The translations under genes were made by a program, and so were the position numbers. Of a stretch of DNA of 64,000 nt, positions 48,817 to 59,497 are shown piece by piece. This stretch comes from a bacterium (GTDB lineage: Bacteria > UBA4055). The first letter of the stretch is position 1. Each line of letters begins with the position of its first letter. The DNA is taken from contig JAKQBN010000055.1 of the NCBI GenBank assembly GCA_029559475.1, positions 92,031 to 156,030 on the forward strand, written 5' to 3'. The notes under the pieces were generated by a model. It did no database searches. It worked only from the letters and a program-made list of their open reading frames with translations, and had not been told where the DNA came from.

Positions 48817-50255
48817 TTTGAACCTCCGACTCTGATTTTTTTGAACCTTGCCGTTGCAGCTCCGTGCGTCATCCTCGCTGTTTGAGGAGGCTGTCCCTTT
48901 CCGCAGTTCGTAACTCCGAAATCCTTCCAGTACCTTGCGTCACAGATAGCGTCGCATGAATTCCAGAATTCAGGATTGCATGATTTGTACAGAACATCCT
49001 TTAGAGGCCTTACTTTCTTTCCGTTCTTTATCTCCCAGAACATATCGCCGCCGAACTGGAAATTCACCCTGTGCTGATCTATCGAAAAAGATCCTCTTCC
49101 TTCAATGTAAATACCGTCTTCGGTATCTGCTATAAGCTCCTGCGGAGAAAGCAGTTTTTTACCGGGTTCTAGATAAAGGTTGGGTATTCTGTTTATAGGA
49201 AAATCATAATAATATGTAGCCCTGTTACAGCCTCTGCTCATGTTCTCGCCAATAAAAGGTGCGGTGTCTCTTGTTGTTCCGTATTCATTAAGTATCCCGT
49301 CCTTTATAATATACCATTTCTGGCCTGGAACACCGTCGTCATCGTATCCTGCCGTAGCAAGTCCGAAAGAAAGAGTGTTGTCGCCCACAAAATTTACTAT
49401 CTCTGAGCCGTAGCGGTATTTTTTGAGTTTTTCGGGAGTCGCGAACGATACACCTGCGTAATCAGCTTCCCATTTTAACACCCTGTCAAGCTCGGTAGGA
49501 TGCCCGACACTTTCGTGCATGGTAAGTCCGAGGTGGTTCGGATCAAGAATTAAGTCTCTTCTTCTGATCTCTCCCGGTTCATCAGCTTCAAGTTTGATGA
49601 TAGCTTCTTCTGCTATCTGAACCGCTTTCTGTACAAGATTCATTTTGAGCACATGTTCCCATCCTGCTCCATATCCGCCTTCGTCAAATGATCTCGTCTG
49701 AGAATCTTTATCGTTAACAGCGGTTGCAGATATCATTGGATTAATATAATAAGTATTCGAATGAATAACCGAACCGAGTGTTGATGCGAAATACTTATCG
49801 TCGTTCAGCATGTCAAGCATGAAAAATGCTCTTTTGATCTTAGAATAATTCAGAAGTGTTTTATTAACTTCCAGCATAAGATCAACTTTTTCGGAAAGCG
49901 GAACCTTAAAAGGGTCAATCTGTATCTTTGTAGAATAAGAATCGATATAGCCCCTTTCATGTGCAAGTGTTAACCCTTTGCCTTTTTTTATCTTTGCTGA
50001 AAGCTCCGCCACTTTTACCGCTTTTTCTACGGTCTTCTTTACTTCGTCATTTGAAAAAATGTTTGAATGTGCAAAACCCCATGCTCCATTCTTCATTACT
50101 CTGATCCCGTAGCCGTGCTCGACATTCCTGCTGGTGTTCTTCAGGCTCAGGTCCATAAGAAAAATAGTCTCCCTTGTGGTTTTCTGAATTCTGATGTCCG
50201 CATATTCGGCTCCCATACTCTGCGCGTGATTCAAAGCTGTTGAGAGATGATCCAT
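48813..50255 (-). CDS. tldD: TldD-family metalloprotease
   Basis: 480 aa with the HESVGHPTE motif and C-terminal GGDMFWE / CGKGQ region typical of TldD. Confidence 0.8.
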   Translation of the reverse strand: MDHLSTALNHAQSMGAEYADIRIQKTTRETIFLMDLSLKNTSRNVEHGYGIRVMKNGAWGFAHSNIFSNDEVKKTVEKAVKVAELSAKIKKGKGLTLAHERGYIDSYSTKIQIDPFKVPLSEKVDLMLEVNKTLLNYSKIKRAFFMLDMLNDDKYFASTLGSVIHSNTYYINPMISATAVNDKDSQTRSFDEGGYGAGWEHVLKMNLVQKAVQIAEEAIIKLEADEPGEIRRRDLILDPNHLGLTMHESVGHPTELDRVLKWEADYAGVSFATPEKLKKYRYGSEIVNFVGDNTLSFGLATAGYDDDGVPGQKWYIIKDGILNEYGTTRDTAPFIGENMSRGCNRATYYYDFPINRIPNLYLEPGKKLLSPQELIADTEDGIYIEGRGSFSIDQHRVNFQFGGDMFWEIKNGKKVRPLKDVLYKSCNPEFWNSCDAICDARYWKDFGVTNCGKGQPPQTARMTHGAATARFKKIRVGGSK

Positions 50256-50357
50256 TTATGCCTCCGCATAGTTTTTTTTAACTAAAATTAAAAATACACA
50301 ATAAAACGAATTATATCAAACAATTAATGATAAAAGGCATTAAAACAGAGATGAAAT

Positions 50358-50383
50358 AAAAAAAGCCCGGATGAACGGGCTTT
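50358..50383 (-). terminator. rho-independent terminator at the end of the V-ATPase operon
   Basis: On the minus strand: aaagcccg-ttcatc-cgggcttttttt, immediately 3' of the subunit K gene. Confidence 0.6.
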
Positions 50384-50402
50384 AGAAATGAAATAATTGT
50401 TT

Positions 50403-50918
<516 letters not shown>

Positions 50919-52718
50919 TTATGCATTCTTTTTAAACGGTTTATACTCTTTTCCTCCGCCTGTCCATCCGGCGTTCTTATAAAATTCCACGAAAGTCAGC
51001 CTCATCGGATGAACGAAAGATCCCAGACTGCATAGCAGAAGGTTTCCCGTATGACCCACAAGCAGAAAGATCAGCCATACCAGCCAGCCTACATACGGAA
51101 TGTCCAGGAATATCTCCCCGATGTTATTTATAACTAATCCTAAAATCGATCCGGACAGCCCGAGCGCGAACAGCCTGATATAAGATAATGTATCGCCGAA
51201 TACTCCTGTTATGTTGTTGTACATATCCCATATTCCGAGACCGAGTCTTTTGAAAATATTTCCGGTAGTGCTGAAAAGCATGGCTGCAGCAAGACCGATC
51301 CATACAAAGATCATTGCAATGGATTTTATTTCAGGAAAAGCTCCTGCAGTTATTCCGGCTATGATCATCATAACCCAGCCCAGTGTCGGCAGAGCTGCTA
51401 TAAAGCTGTTTTGCTTTGTAATGTTGAAAGCTTTGATCAGCAGACCGAATATTATCTGTATAAGTCCTATTGCGATCGAAAGATTGAACATTTCGTCCGC
51501 TGTCAGGAAAAGCCCTTTTGTTTCAGCTGATTTTATAATACTGGATTCTGCAAGAGTTACGCCGAAAATAGTTCCGGTTATCGCACCCGCTATCACAGTA
51601 GCTAATCCCAGGAACTGAACGAGCGTCAGTATCGCCCTCATGTCAGCTTTTTTGATCTTGAATTTAGCAGCAGTGGCTGCGACAATCATTACGACTCCGT
51701 AACCCGCATCGCCCAGGCATAAACCGAAGAACATCATATAGAATGGAGCGAAGAATGCGGTCAGATCTATCTCTGTGTAGGAAGGCAGCGAGAACAGCCT
51801 GGCTATAGGTTCGAATAACTTTGCGAATCCGTTGTTTTTCAGTAGGATCGGCACTTTACCCATCTCTTCGGAGGAAGGTTTGTCCGCAATATAAACAAGT
51901 CCTTCTTCATCAAGATACTCAAGCAGCGTCTGTTCCTTTTCCTCAGGTATCCACCCCTGAACTATCTTAACGAGATCCTCAGAAACGGACACGGAGTTCA
52001 TTCCGGCTTTTTCCAGCATGGTTTCATTTATAAGGTCGTTCATAGCCTTCTCCACTTCTCCGGAAGAATGCCATGCAAAACCGTCGAGAAGATCATCTAT
52101 CTCTTTCTTCCTTACAAGCTCGGATTCCCTTTCTTTTATCAGCGAACCCAGAGTACTTTCAGGCAGTTTGATATCCTCTAATTCAGGAAAATTATTCACG
52201 TCTTTTCTGCTAAGAACTATGAAATTGGCGGTGTTACCTGAAGTAGAAATTATTTCGCATATATATTTTTCTTTGAAATCTTCAGTCAGTTTATCGATTC
52301 CGAGCCTGTAGAATCTTATGTTCAGGCCTGACATCTCGAGCTTTTTCTTATCTTCCTGTCCGAATTCGCCCCACGGTTCAAGAGCTTTAATATCCCTGTT
52401 AACTGATATTAAATGCTGATTAATCTGCTCGTACTCGGTCTGAAGCTTAACTATGGCATCATAAACCGATTTTCCTTTGCCTTGATGATCCGGTTCTTCC
52501 GGAACGATTCCGGACGCTTTCAGTGTTTTTATCCTTCTTCTCAAAAATTTCAGTACAGCTTCTTTCTGAGATATTCTCAAAAGATTTGTCTTCTGGATGT
52601 CGTTCGTCTCCGCTGTTTCAATTATGTGCAGAAGTCCCAGATCCTGAAGTTTTGACAGAAACGGTGTCAGATCTTTGTGATAAAGAAGTATCGAGTATTT
52701 TTTCATAGGCACTATCAT
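50919..52718 (-). CDS. atpI: V-type ATP synthase subunit I (a)
   Basis: 599 aa. Soluble N-terminal coiled-coil half and a C-terminal multi-TM half with conserved R in RLFALGLSG. Confidence 0.85.
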   Translation of the reverse strand: MIVPMKKYSILLYHKDLTPFLSKLQDLGLLHIIETAETNDIQKTNLLRISQKEAVLKFLRRRIKTLKASGIVPEEPDHQGKGKSVYDAIVKLQTEYEQINQHLISVNRDIKALEPWGEFGQEDKKKLEMSGLNIRFYRLGIDKLTEDFKEKYICEIISTSGNTANFIVLSRKDVNNFPELEDIKLPESTLGSLIKERESELVRKKEIDDLLDGFAWHSSGEVEKAMNDLINETMLEKAGMNSVSVSEDLVKIVQGWIPEEKEQTLLEYLDEEGLVYIADKPSSEEMGKVPILLKNNGFAKLFEPIARLFSLPSYTEIDLTAFFAPFYMMFFGLCLGDAGYGVVMIVAATAAKFKIKKADMRAILTLVQFLGLATVIAGAITGTIFGVTLAESSIIKSAETKGLFLTADEMFNLSIAIGLIQIIFGLLIKAFNITKQNSFIAALPTLGWVMMIIAGITAGAFPEIKSIAMIFVWIGLAAAMLFSTTGNIFKRLGLGIWDMYNNITGVFGDTLSYIRLFALGLSGSILGLVINNIGEIFLDIPYVGWLVWLIFLLVGHTGNLLLCSLGSFVHPMRLTFVEFYKNAGWTGGGKEYKPFKKNA

Positions 52719-53314
52719 GCGCTTGCCTCCATCATCTGCCGGTTCTTAACGATCTTCTGGGATGATTTGGACAGATTGTCCTCATCCTCCATAAACCTTT
52801 TGATCTTCAGAATCGCTTCCTGGAATCCGGGTATCTGAACTTTTTCGTACAGATTTACTTTCTGAGTGGTCTTTCTTCTCGCTTTTTCAAGGAGCTCCAT
52901 TTTTTTGGTAAATACTTCTCTTTCAACGGCGATCTTAACCAGCTCTTTCAAGATCTCTATTCCGTCATAATACCACACCGGCGATTCGAACATACTGAAT
53001 TCCTTAACTGTAAACTCGATATTTTGAAGTAAAGGCGTCGATACTCCGGCTATCTTTTTCTGGCTGAGGACTACATTTTCCACCCTGATAAGCGAAGGTT
53101 TAAATTCGTTCCAAAGTCCCGACATCCCGGAATATTTCAGCATTTCCGCTTCTAAAAGCGAATCCAGCTCCTGCACTTTGTCTTTAGCCTTCTTGACCTC
53201 CATCCTCAAAGCTGACTCCTTGTTCTTGATGGTCGGCAGGGCTCTCTGTCTTATCTTGAGCTGTTTACCCAAAAGCTGCATCGAGATCTTGTTATATTGA
53301 AATTTTATAGCCAT
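52715..53314 (-). CDS. atpD: V-type ATP synthase subunit D
   Basis: 199-aa coiled-coil protein. N-terminus MAIKFQYNKISMQLLGKQLKIRQRA fits the subunit D pattern. Confidence 0.8.
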   Translation of the reverse strand: MAIKFQYNKISMQLLGKQLKIRQRALPTIKNKESALRMEVKKAKDKVQELDSLLEAEMLKYSGMSGLWNEFKPSLIRVENVVLSQKKIAGVSTPLLQNIEFTVKEFSMFESPVWYYDGIEILKELVKIAVEREVFTKKMELLEKARRKTTQKVNLYEKVQIPGFQEAILKIKRFMEDEDNLSKSSQKIVKNRQMMEASA

Positions 53315-53328
53315 TTTGACTCTCGGAT

Positions 53329-54651
53329 TTAGTTTTTGGGCCAGTATTTAGCTACCAGAGCTTCTTTTATTCCTATCTCTGACTTATTGAAGTATTTAGC
53401 GAACAGCCTCCATCCTGTATCAAGCATGGCATCTATCTCGATGTTGATATCAATAGCAAGCAGTTCTCTCGAATATTCCTTTGCGTATTTAAGTGTCCTT
53501 TCGTCATAATCGTTCAGGTCGAAACCGTTCTCGAGCTTAGTTTTCGCGTTTGCCGCGTCTGCGAAAAGTCTGATAGCGGCGTTCATAACCTGAGGATGAT
53601 CTTCTCTTGTCTGTTTTCCGATCACAAGTTGTTTCAGCCTTGAAAGTGATCTGAAGGGATCGATAATGACCTTTCCTATGTCCGTATCTCTTCTTAAGAA
53701 CAGCTGCCCTTCGGTAATATATCCTGTGTTGTCGGGTATTGCGTGAGTGATATCTCCGCCTGACAGAGTTGCAACAGCTATGATAGTGATAGATCCGCCT
53801 TCAGGGAACTGAACCGCTTTTTCATAAAGCTTGGCGAGATCAGAATATAAAGATCCGGGCATACTGTCCTTTGACGGTATCTGGTCCATCCTGTTAGAAA
53901 CTATACTTAAAGCGTCGGCATAGAGCGTCATGTCGGTAAGAAGTACGAGCACCTTCTGATGTTTTTCGTGAGCGAAGTATTCAGCTGTGGTAAGAGCCAT
54001 ATCCGGAACGAGAAGCCTTTCCACCGGCGGGTTCTCTGTAGTGTTGATAAAGCTGATGATCCTGTCGAGTGCGCCTGCATTTTCAAATATATGCTTAAAG
54101 AAAAGATAATCGTCGTTGGAAAGTCCCATACCGCCCAGAATGATCTTGTCGGCTTTCGCTCTTAAAGCGACCATGGCCATAACCTGATTGAAAGGCTGGT
54201 CCGGATCGGCGAAGAAAGGTATCTTCTGTCCTGTAACAAGCGTGTTGTTAAGGTCGATCCCGGCTATTCCCGTGGGTATAAGTTCCGAAGGCTGCTGTCT
54301 TCTCACGGGATTTACCGAAGGGCCGCCTATCTCTATTTCTTTTCCTTCTACAGACGGACCGCCGTCTATAGGATCGCCGTAGGCGTTGAAAAACCTTCCG
54401 GCAAGTTCGTCGGATACTTTGATCGTCGGCGCTTTTCCCATAAAAACGACTTCAGCGTTCGTAGGAATACCTTCCGTTCCGGAGAATATCTGGAGAGTTA
54501 CGGTATCGCCCTGTATCTTGACCACCTGAGCTAGTTTTCCGTTAACTGTGGCTATCTCTTCGTTGCCCACACCTTCCGCTTTGAGAGAACAGGTGGCTTT
54601 TGTGATCTGAGTTATCTTTGTATATATTTTCTGAAAAGCCGTAGTTTCCAT
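53329..54651 (-). CDS. atpB: V-type ATP synthase subunit B
   Basis: 440 aa, non-catalytic A/B family (TGQKIPFFADPDQPF region; degenerate P-loop). Confidence 0.9.
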   Translation of the reverse strand: METTAFQKIYTKITQITKATCSLKAEGVGNEEIATVNGKLAQVVKIQGDTVTLQIFSGTEGIPTNAEVVFMGKAPTIKVSDELAGRFFNAYGDPIDGGPSVEGKEIEIGGPSVNPVRRQQPSELIPTGIAGIDLNNTLVTGQKIPFFADPDQPFNQVMAMVALRAKADKIILGGMGLSNDDYLFFKHIFENAGALDRIISFINTTENPPVERLLVPDMALTTAEYFAHEKHQKVLVLLTDMTLYADALSIVSNRMDQIPSKDSMPGSLYSDLAKLYEKAVQFPEGGSITIIAVATLSGGDITHAIPDNTGYITEGQLFLRRDTDIGKVIIDPFRSLSRLKQLVIGKQTREDHPQVMNAAIRLFADAANAKTKLENGFDLNDYDERTLKYAKEYSRELLAIDINIEIDAMLDTGWRLFAKYFNKSEIGIKEALVAKYWPKN

Positions 54652-56409
54652 TTAAACCGCCTTTCTTTCGTTTAATTTATTGTTGAGCTGCTGTAGATAA
54701 TTATTGAATTTTTCAGATTTGAACTCAGAATAGTTCATCTGCTTGAAAATATTTATTACGGCCTTAAAGAAAGGGTTGATCTCTTCGAAGGATGTGAATT
54801 TATATTTCATATTATAAACTTTGAGCACTTCATCAAGCATAAACTCCTGCCTTTCAAAAGGTGTAGATTTGTCGATCTTATCGAAAGCATCCTGCTGAAG
54901 TATCACAAAATCGAGCACTTCGGCTTTCCAGTACCTTTCATGATAATCGATAGGAACACCGTCATCTCCGAGAATATTGATCTGCTCGGAAGCCTCTTTT
55001 CCTCTAAGAAGGATATCTTTCGCTAAAGTGACCTTTTCCACCCAGTCAGGAGCGATAGTTTTCTTAAGATATTCCTGTATCTCAGGATATTCAAGATATT
55101 TTGAATACGAATCGATCGGGTCGATCGCCGGATATCTTTTGCTGTCAGCCCTTTCCTGATTCAGCGCGTAAAAACATCTCGCCGCTTTTTTCGTGGATTC
55201 GGTAACCGGCTCTTTTAAGTTTCCTCCTGCAGGTGAAACCGTTCCTAAAAAAGTTATCGAACCTGTTGCGCCGTTGTTTAAATAAACAGAACCGGCTCTC
55301 GAGTAGAAATTCGATATGATCGCGGGAAGGTCCATCGGGAACGCGTCCGGTCCCGGAAGCTCTTCCATCCTGTTCGACATCTCCCTAAGAGCCTGAGCCC
55401 ATCTGGAAGTTGAATCTGCAAGAAGCAGAACTTTAAGTCCCATTGACCTGTAATATTCTGCAAGGGTCATTCCTGTATATACTGATGCTTCCCTCGCTGC
55501 TACGGGCATGTTGGATGTGTTACAGATGATGGTAGTTCTTTCCATCAGCTTTCTACCCGTTCTCGGGTCTTCAAGCTCCGGGAACTCTGTGAAGATCTCT
55601 ACTACCTCATTAGCCCTTTCTCCGCATGCCGTGACGATGATCATATCAGCTTCGGCCTGCTGGGAAACAGCGTGCTGCAGAACTGTCTTTCCGCATCCGA
55701 AAGGCCCCGGAATAAATCCGGTACCGCCTTCTGCCAGAGGATTCAGTGTGTCTATAGTTCTTACGCCGGTTTCCATTATTTTGAAAGGCCTCGGTTTTTC
55801 TTTATATGCTCTGATCGGGATCTTTACCGGCCATTTCTGCATCATGGTAACGTTATGGTCCTTGCCTTTTTCATCTGTAACTACAGCGACAGTATCTTTC
55901 GTTCTGTACTTGCCTTTTAGGGCAACGCTTTTTACGATGAACTGTCCTTCGAATTTGAACGGAAGCATAATTTTGTGCGGCATCCATCCTTCTGTGACTT
56001 CTCCGAGCCAGCTTCCCGCTTCGACTTTATCCCCCGCCTTCGCGATCGGAGTAAAATCCCATTCAGCGTCAGGATCAAGAGCTTCCGTGTATTCGCCTTT
56101 CTTTAGAAATACGCCCTTCATTTTGTTCAGATCGTTCTGAAGCCCGTCGTAATTCTTCGACAGGATACCCGGCCCGAGCGTCACTTCGAGCATGTGGTCT
56201 TTAAATTCGGCTTCTGTTCCTACCTTAAGACCTCTCGTGCTTTCGAAAACCTGAGTGAATGCTTTGTTCCCGAGCACTTTTATGACTTCAGCCATCAGAT
56301 CTACGCCTTTATGCCTGATAAAACAAATCTCGTTTTGTGAAACAGGCCCGTCGGCTTCGATGACGACCATGTTGGCTATAATACCGGTGACTTTTCCTTT
56401 TGTAGCCAT
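54652..56409 (-). CDS. atpA: V-type ATP synthase catalytic subunit A
   Basis: 585 aa. P-loop GPFGCGKTV and the non-homologous insert region typical of A subunits. Confidence 0.9.
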   Translation of the reverse strand: MATKGKVTGIIANMVVIEADGPVSQNEICFIRHKGVDLMAEVIKVLGNKAFTQVFESTRGLKVGTEAEFKDHMLEVTLGPGILSKNYDGLQNDLNKMKGVFLKKGEYTEALDPDAEWDFTPIAKAGDKVEAGSWLGEVTEGWMPHKIMLPFKFEGQFIVKSVALKGKYRTKDTVAVVTDEKGKDHNVTMMQKWPVKIPIRAYKEKPRPFKIMETGVRTIDTLNPLAEGGTGFIPGPFGCGKTVLQHAVSQQAEADMIIVTACGERANEVVEIFTEFPELEDPRTGRKLMERTTIICNTSNMPVAAREASVYTGMTLAEYYRSMGLKVLLLADSTSRWAQALREMSNRMEELPGPDAFPMDLPAIISNFYSRAGSVYLNNGATGSITFLGTVSPAGGNLKEPVTESTKKAARCFYALNQERADSKRYPAIDPIDSYSKYLEYPEIQEYLKKTIAPDWVEKVTLAKDILLRGKEASEQINILGDDGVPIDYHERYWKAEVLDFVILQQDAFDKIDKSTPFERQEFMLDEVLKVYNMKYKFTSFEEINPFFKAVINIFKQMNYSEFKSEKFNNYLQQLNNKLNERKAV

Positions 56410-56412
56410 CTT

Positions 56413-57258
56413 TTACCCTTCTATTCTATTTTTTTCTTTTTCTTCATCTGTGATACCCGACTCTTTTCCCTGCTTTTCAAGTTCTCTGATGAACCTTTCG
56501 AAAAGTTCCTTTCCGGTCTCGGGATCGAGCTTGATCCATCTTTCGATGATCGTTACCTTAATGAAATGCACAAGCAGTTTTTCTATCGTAAAATAATTCC
56601 ATACGGTCTTTTCATCTAACCAGTCCCACTTAAAAAGATCTATCGCTTTTTCCCTTGCGAGAAGATCTTTTATTTCGAATATTGAACTCAGCCTGTCTAT
56701 GTATTCAACGCTGTCAGAAAGTCCGAAATCCTTTAAACTGCTTGATTTTAGGGCGGATGATACTTCGTTTATTTTAAGAATGTATTTTTCTGCATCCAGA
56801 CCGTGCTTTCTGACATTTAAGGCCGCAAGAATGTTCCTCATGTTTATTTCGAGCTCGAAATAGCTTTTGAGAAACTCATTGTCGCATTCGAGCAGGTGAT
56901 CGATATAGGAAGTTACAAGTTTCTGCTTTAATTCATCTCTTTTTTCGATGTCCTTTTCAAAAGCTTCTATAAATTCCCGAATGTAAGAGACCGCCTCATC
57001 CGGCTCTTCGATCATTTGTTCGATCTGGGCGCGGGTGTAGTTGCCGCTCTCGAATGCTTTCACATCGAAACCGCAAAGGATCTTATACAGATTACGATTA
57101 TCCTGCTTCAGCCTGAAAAGCTCGAAATAAGAGTAATCCTTTTTGTGAAGGAACTCTTTCATGTCCGAAAGCATCTCCGCCGAACCGTAAGACAGCTTTG
57201 AGTCCTCGATCGTTATATTAGGCAGCCCTGCGACAAGAAAGTAATAATTCCTGGCCAT
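56413..57258 (-). CDS. DUF2764-family protein (putative V-ATPase accessory/C-like subunit of Bacteroidetes-type operons)
   Basis: 281-aa helical protein in the canonical position between subunits E and A, as in Bacteroidota V-ATPase operons. Confidence 0.55.
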   Translation of the reverse strand: MARNYYFLVAGLPNITIEDSKLSYGSAEMLSDMKEFLHKKDYSYFELFRLKQDNRNLYKILCGFDVKAFESGNYTRAQIEQMIEEPDEAVSYIREFIEAFEKDIEKRDELKQKLVTSYIDHLLECDNEFLKSYFELEINMRNILAALNVRKHGLDAEKYILKINEVSSALKSSSLKDFGLSDSVEYIDRLSSIFEIKDLLAREKAIDLFKWDWLDEKTVWNYFTIEKLLVHFIKVTIIERWIKLDPETGKELFERFIRELEKQGKESGITDEEKEKNRIEG

Positions 57259-57875
57259 TATTTTCCTCCGAACAGCATTTCGGCCGTCTTCGGTCTCATA
57301 TATTTTTTAAAGAAGTTCTCGAAATCTTTTTCAGTAAAACTCAGTTTGTAGCTTCCGTCAGCCGGCCCTATTTTGAATCCGTTTTCCATGTTCGCGTCGG
57401 GAACTATGTTCAAACCGCCGTTAAGCAGCGTTCTTACTCCTGATTTAAGATGATTTTCAAGCTCTGTTCTGTGCTCGGCCGGTATCGACACTTCGAGATC
57501 CATTCCTTTCGAAGGGTCGGAAAAGAAATTCTTTACAGATATTTCAATTATCTTTTTCATAAAATCTTTATCTGAAAGCGTGTTCTTGACCGCTTCAGAA
57601 ACGACTTTTGTTGTGATCAGATCGGTAATTTTCTGTTTTACATCGCTTACCGACTGATTCACTGACATTTTCATTTCCGTTCTGCCGTTATTTATTATCT
57701 CCGCAGCGCTGTTTTTTGCGTCAGATATGATCTTTTCCGCATCAGCTTTTGCTTTTGAAAGTGTTTCCTCAGCCGTTTTCTTTGCTGTACCGATTATCGA
57801 ATCCGCTTCGATCTTTGCTTTTTCGACGCCTTCTGAATAGATCTTTCCTGTCAGTTCCTGGAGTTTGTTGTCCAT
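57258..57875 (-). CDS. atpE: V-type ATP synthase subunit E
   Basis: 205 aa. N-terminal long helix (LQELTGKIYSEGVEKAKIEADSII...) and a globular C-terminus. First gene of the operon. Confidence 0.75.
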   Translation of the reverse strand: MDNKLQELTGKIYSEGVEKAKIEADSIIGTAKKTAEETLSKAKADAEKIISDAKNSAAEIINNGRTEMKMSVNQSVSDVKQKITDLITTKVVSEAVKNTLSDKDFMKKIIEISVKNFFSDPSKGMDLEVSIPAEHRTELENHLKSGVRTLLNGGLNIVPDANMENGFKIGPADGSYKLSFTEKDFENFFKKYMRPKTAEMLFGGK

Positions 57876-57980
57876 TATCTGTCTCCGGTATGTTTTATAT
57901 TAAATATTATATTCAAATTGATCATATCCTGTTTTTAACTTTGGAAATTTATCCTTTTTAATATGATTGTCAAGTTGTTT

Positions 57981-58688
57981 TTATTCTAAAAAATCATAAT
58001 TAAAATATGCTTCGAACAGATCTCTGAAAGAAGAGAGGGATGTGCTTATATGAATCGGTACTGTCTTGGCAAAAATGTCGAGAGTTACTATCGCATTGAT
58101 CGCGGAATCCGTTTCCGAAGCCGCTCTCAGCCTGTCTGCGACCGCAGAATTAACGATACTTAAATTTTTGTATATCTTATTAAGTCCCTGCAGATCGATC
58201 TCGTATTTTTTACCTTCTTTCGCCAGAAAATACTGGGCCAGAAGATACATCGATGTAGCTCTGAATATAGTATTCTCTTTATCAGCCAGCGGAAGATGAA
58301 AATATGCCATCGGTTTAAAAAAGGCAAGGTGAGGACAGCCTGAAGCTGCGTTGACGAGACCCATCATTGCGCCGACAGCCTTTTGTACAGTTGTATCCTG
58401 CGATATTTTTTTGCCGTCGATCACGACTTCGAGATATACTTTTTCAAATGACTTTAAACCGTCAAAGTATTTTACCAGGTTAACGAGCGAAACGGCAAGG
58501 GGACAGTGTCTTGTAAAGGCGGATTTTAAGGGGCAGTTCGGGCATTTGCAGAAATCGAGCTCTGTCCAATCCGGCAGGTGATCTTCGGTTCTGTTTTCTG
58601 TCAGCCTGATCTTGTCTTTATCCCACTGAAAACTGAAATCTTTTTCTTTACCGTCTGCGAATATGAATTTGTAATCAATTGTTTTCAA
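57981..58688 (-). CDS. hypothetical Cys-cluster protein upstream of the V-ATPase operon
   Basis: 235 aa. FCKCPNCP...RHCP...SGCPHL cysteine pattern. No family assigned. Confidence 0.45.
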   Translation of the reverse strand: MKTIDYKFIFADGKEKDFSFQWDKDKIRLTENRTEDHLPDWTELDFCKCPNCPLKSAFTRHCPLAVSLVNLVKYFDGLKSFEKVYLEVVIDGKKISQDTTVQKAVGAMMGLVNAASGCPHLAFFKPMAYFHLPLADKENTIFRATSMYLLAQYFLAKEGKKYEIDLQGLNKIYKNLSIVNSAVADRLRAASETDSAINAIVTLDIFAKTVPIHISTSLSSFRDLFEAYFNYDFLE

Positions 58689-58736
58689 CTTATTTCTTCC
58701 CGGGCTGAAAATTTCCTGCCCCAGTATTCCGAATAA

Positions 58737-59372
58737 TTATAAATGAGCCCTGCACTGCATCGAGAACAGATCCTGGCTCGGTTTGTGCCCTTTTACCTTC
58801 GGATCGAACCTTTTATCGAACTCCTCTGCCGCAGCTTTGTCGAATTCATAAGCCGGGCTGTTGTAGAACTTCCAGCTGTGTCCTTCAAAAAAGCCCTTTT
58901 TCAGTTCAAGCACGAGAAGTCCCAGCGGAAAGCTTCCGTCATTAGAGCTTATGTTGTAATCCTTACCGTTCTTAAAACCATGCTTGCAGTAATTGTGCGG
59001 ATCTCCGTAAATTATAACAGCCGGATATCCTTTTTCCCTCGCCAGCCTGACCGTATGCCTGATAAGCATTGCTCCCACTCCGTTCCTCTGATATCCGGGA
59101 AGAACGCTTACCGGGCCGAAAGTCGCCGTTTCTGTCTTTTCGCCTTTTTCATTCTCGACATAAGATCTTGTGTACATTATGTTCCCGATTACCTTACCCG
59201 AGCATTCAACGACGAAATCGAATTCTTTGATAAAATCGGGATGATCCCTTAATATATGCGCCAGATAATGTTCGTCGCAGCCGGGAACATAAAGGTTCCA
59301 GAAAGCCTCGCGAGTCAGCTCCTCTACAGCTCTGTAGTCAGATTCGGTTTCCGTTCTTAAAGTTGTTATCAA
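58737..59372 (-). CDS. GNAT-family N-acetyltransferase
   Basis: 211 aa. Acetyl-CoA binding motif LPGYQRNGVGAMLI (Q/R-x-x-G-x-G/A). Confidence 0.75.
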   Translation of the reverse strand: MITTLRTETESDYRAVEELTREAFWNLYVPGCDEHYLAHILRDHPDFIKEFDFVVECSGKVIGNIMYTRSYVENEKGEKTETATFGPVSVLPGYQRNGVGAMLIRHTVRLAREKGYPAVIIYGDPHNYCKHGFKNGKDYNISSNDGSFPLGLLVLELKKGFFEGHSWKFYNSPAYEFDKAAAEEFDKRFDPKVKGHKPSQDLFSMQCRAHL

Positions 59373-59497
59373 TAGTTTCCCCCATGTTTTTCAAAACGGA
59401 TGCAATATACGAATAATGTCCGGTCTTTTCAATTTATATTTCTTGCATTTGTTCTTCAGCTCTGTTATTTTGCCTATAAGTTAAAAAAGGAGCGTAA

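Noticed and set aside
57981-58688. Cys-cluster protein as a possible ferredoxin or rubredoxin
   Set aside because: The Cys spacing (CxCxxC...C...C) does not match 4Fe-4S (CxxCxxCxxxCP) or rubredoxin (CxxCG...CxxCG) signatures, so it is left as hypothetical.
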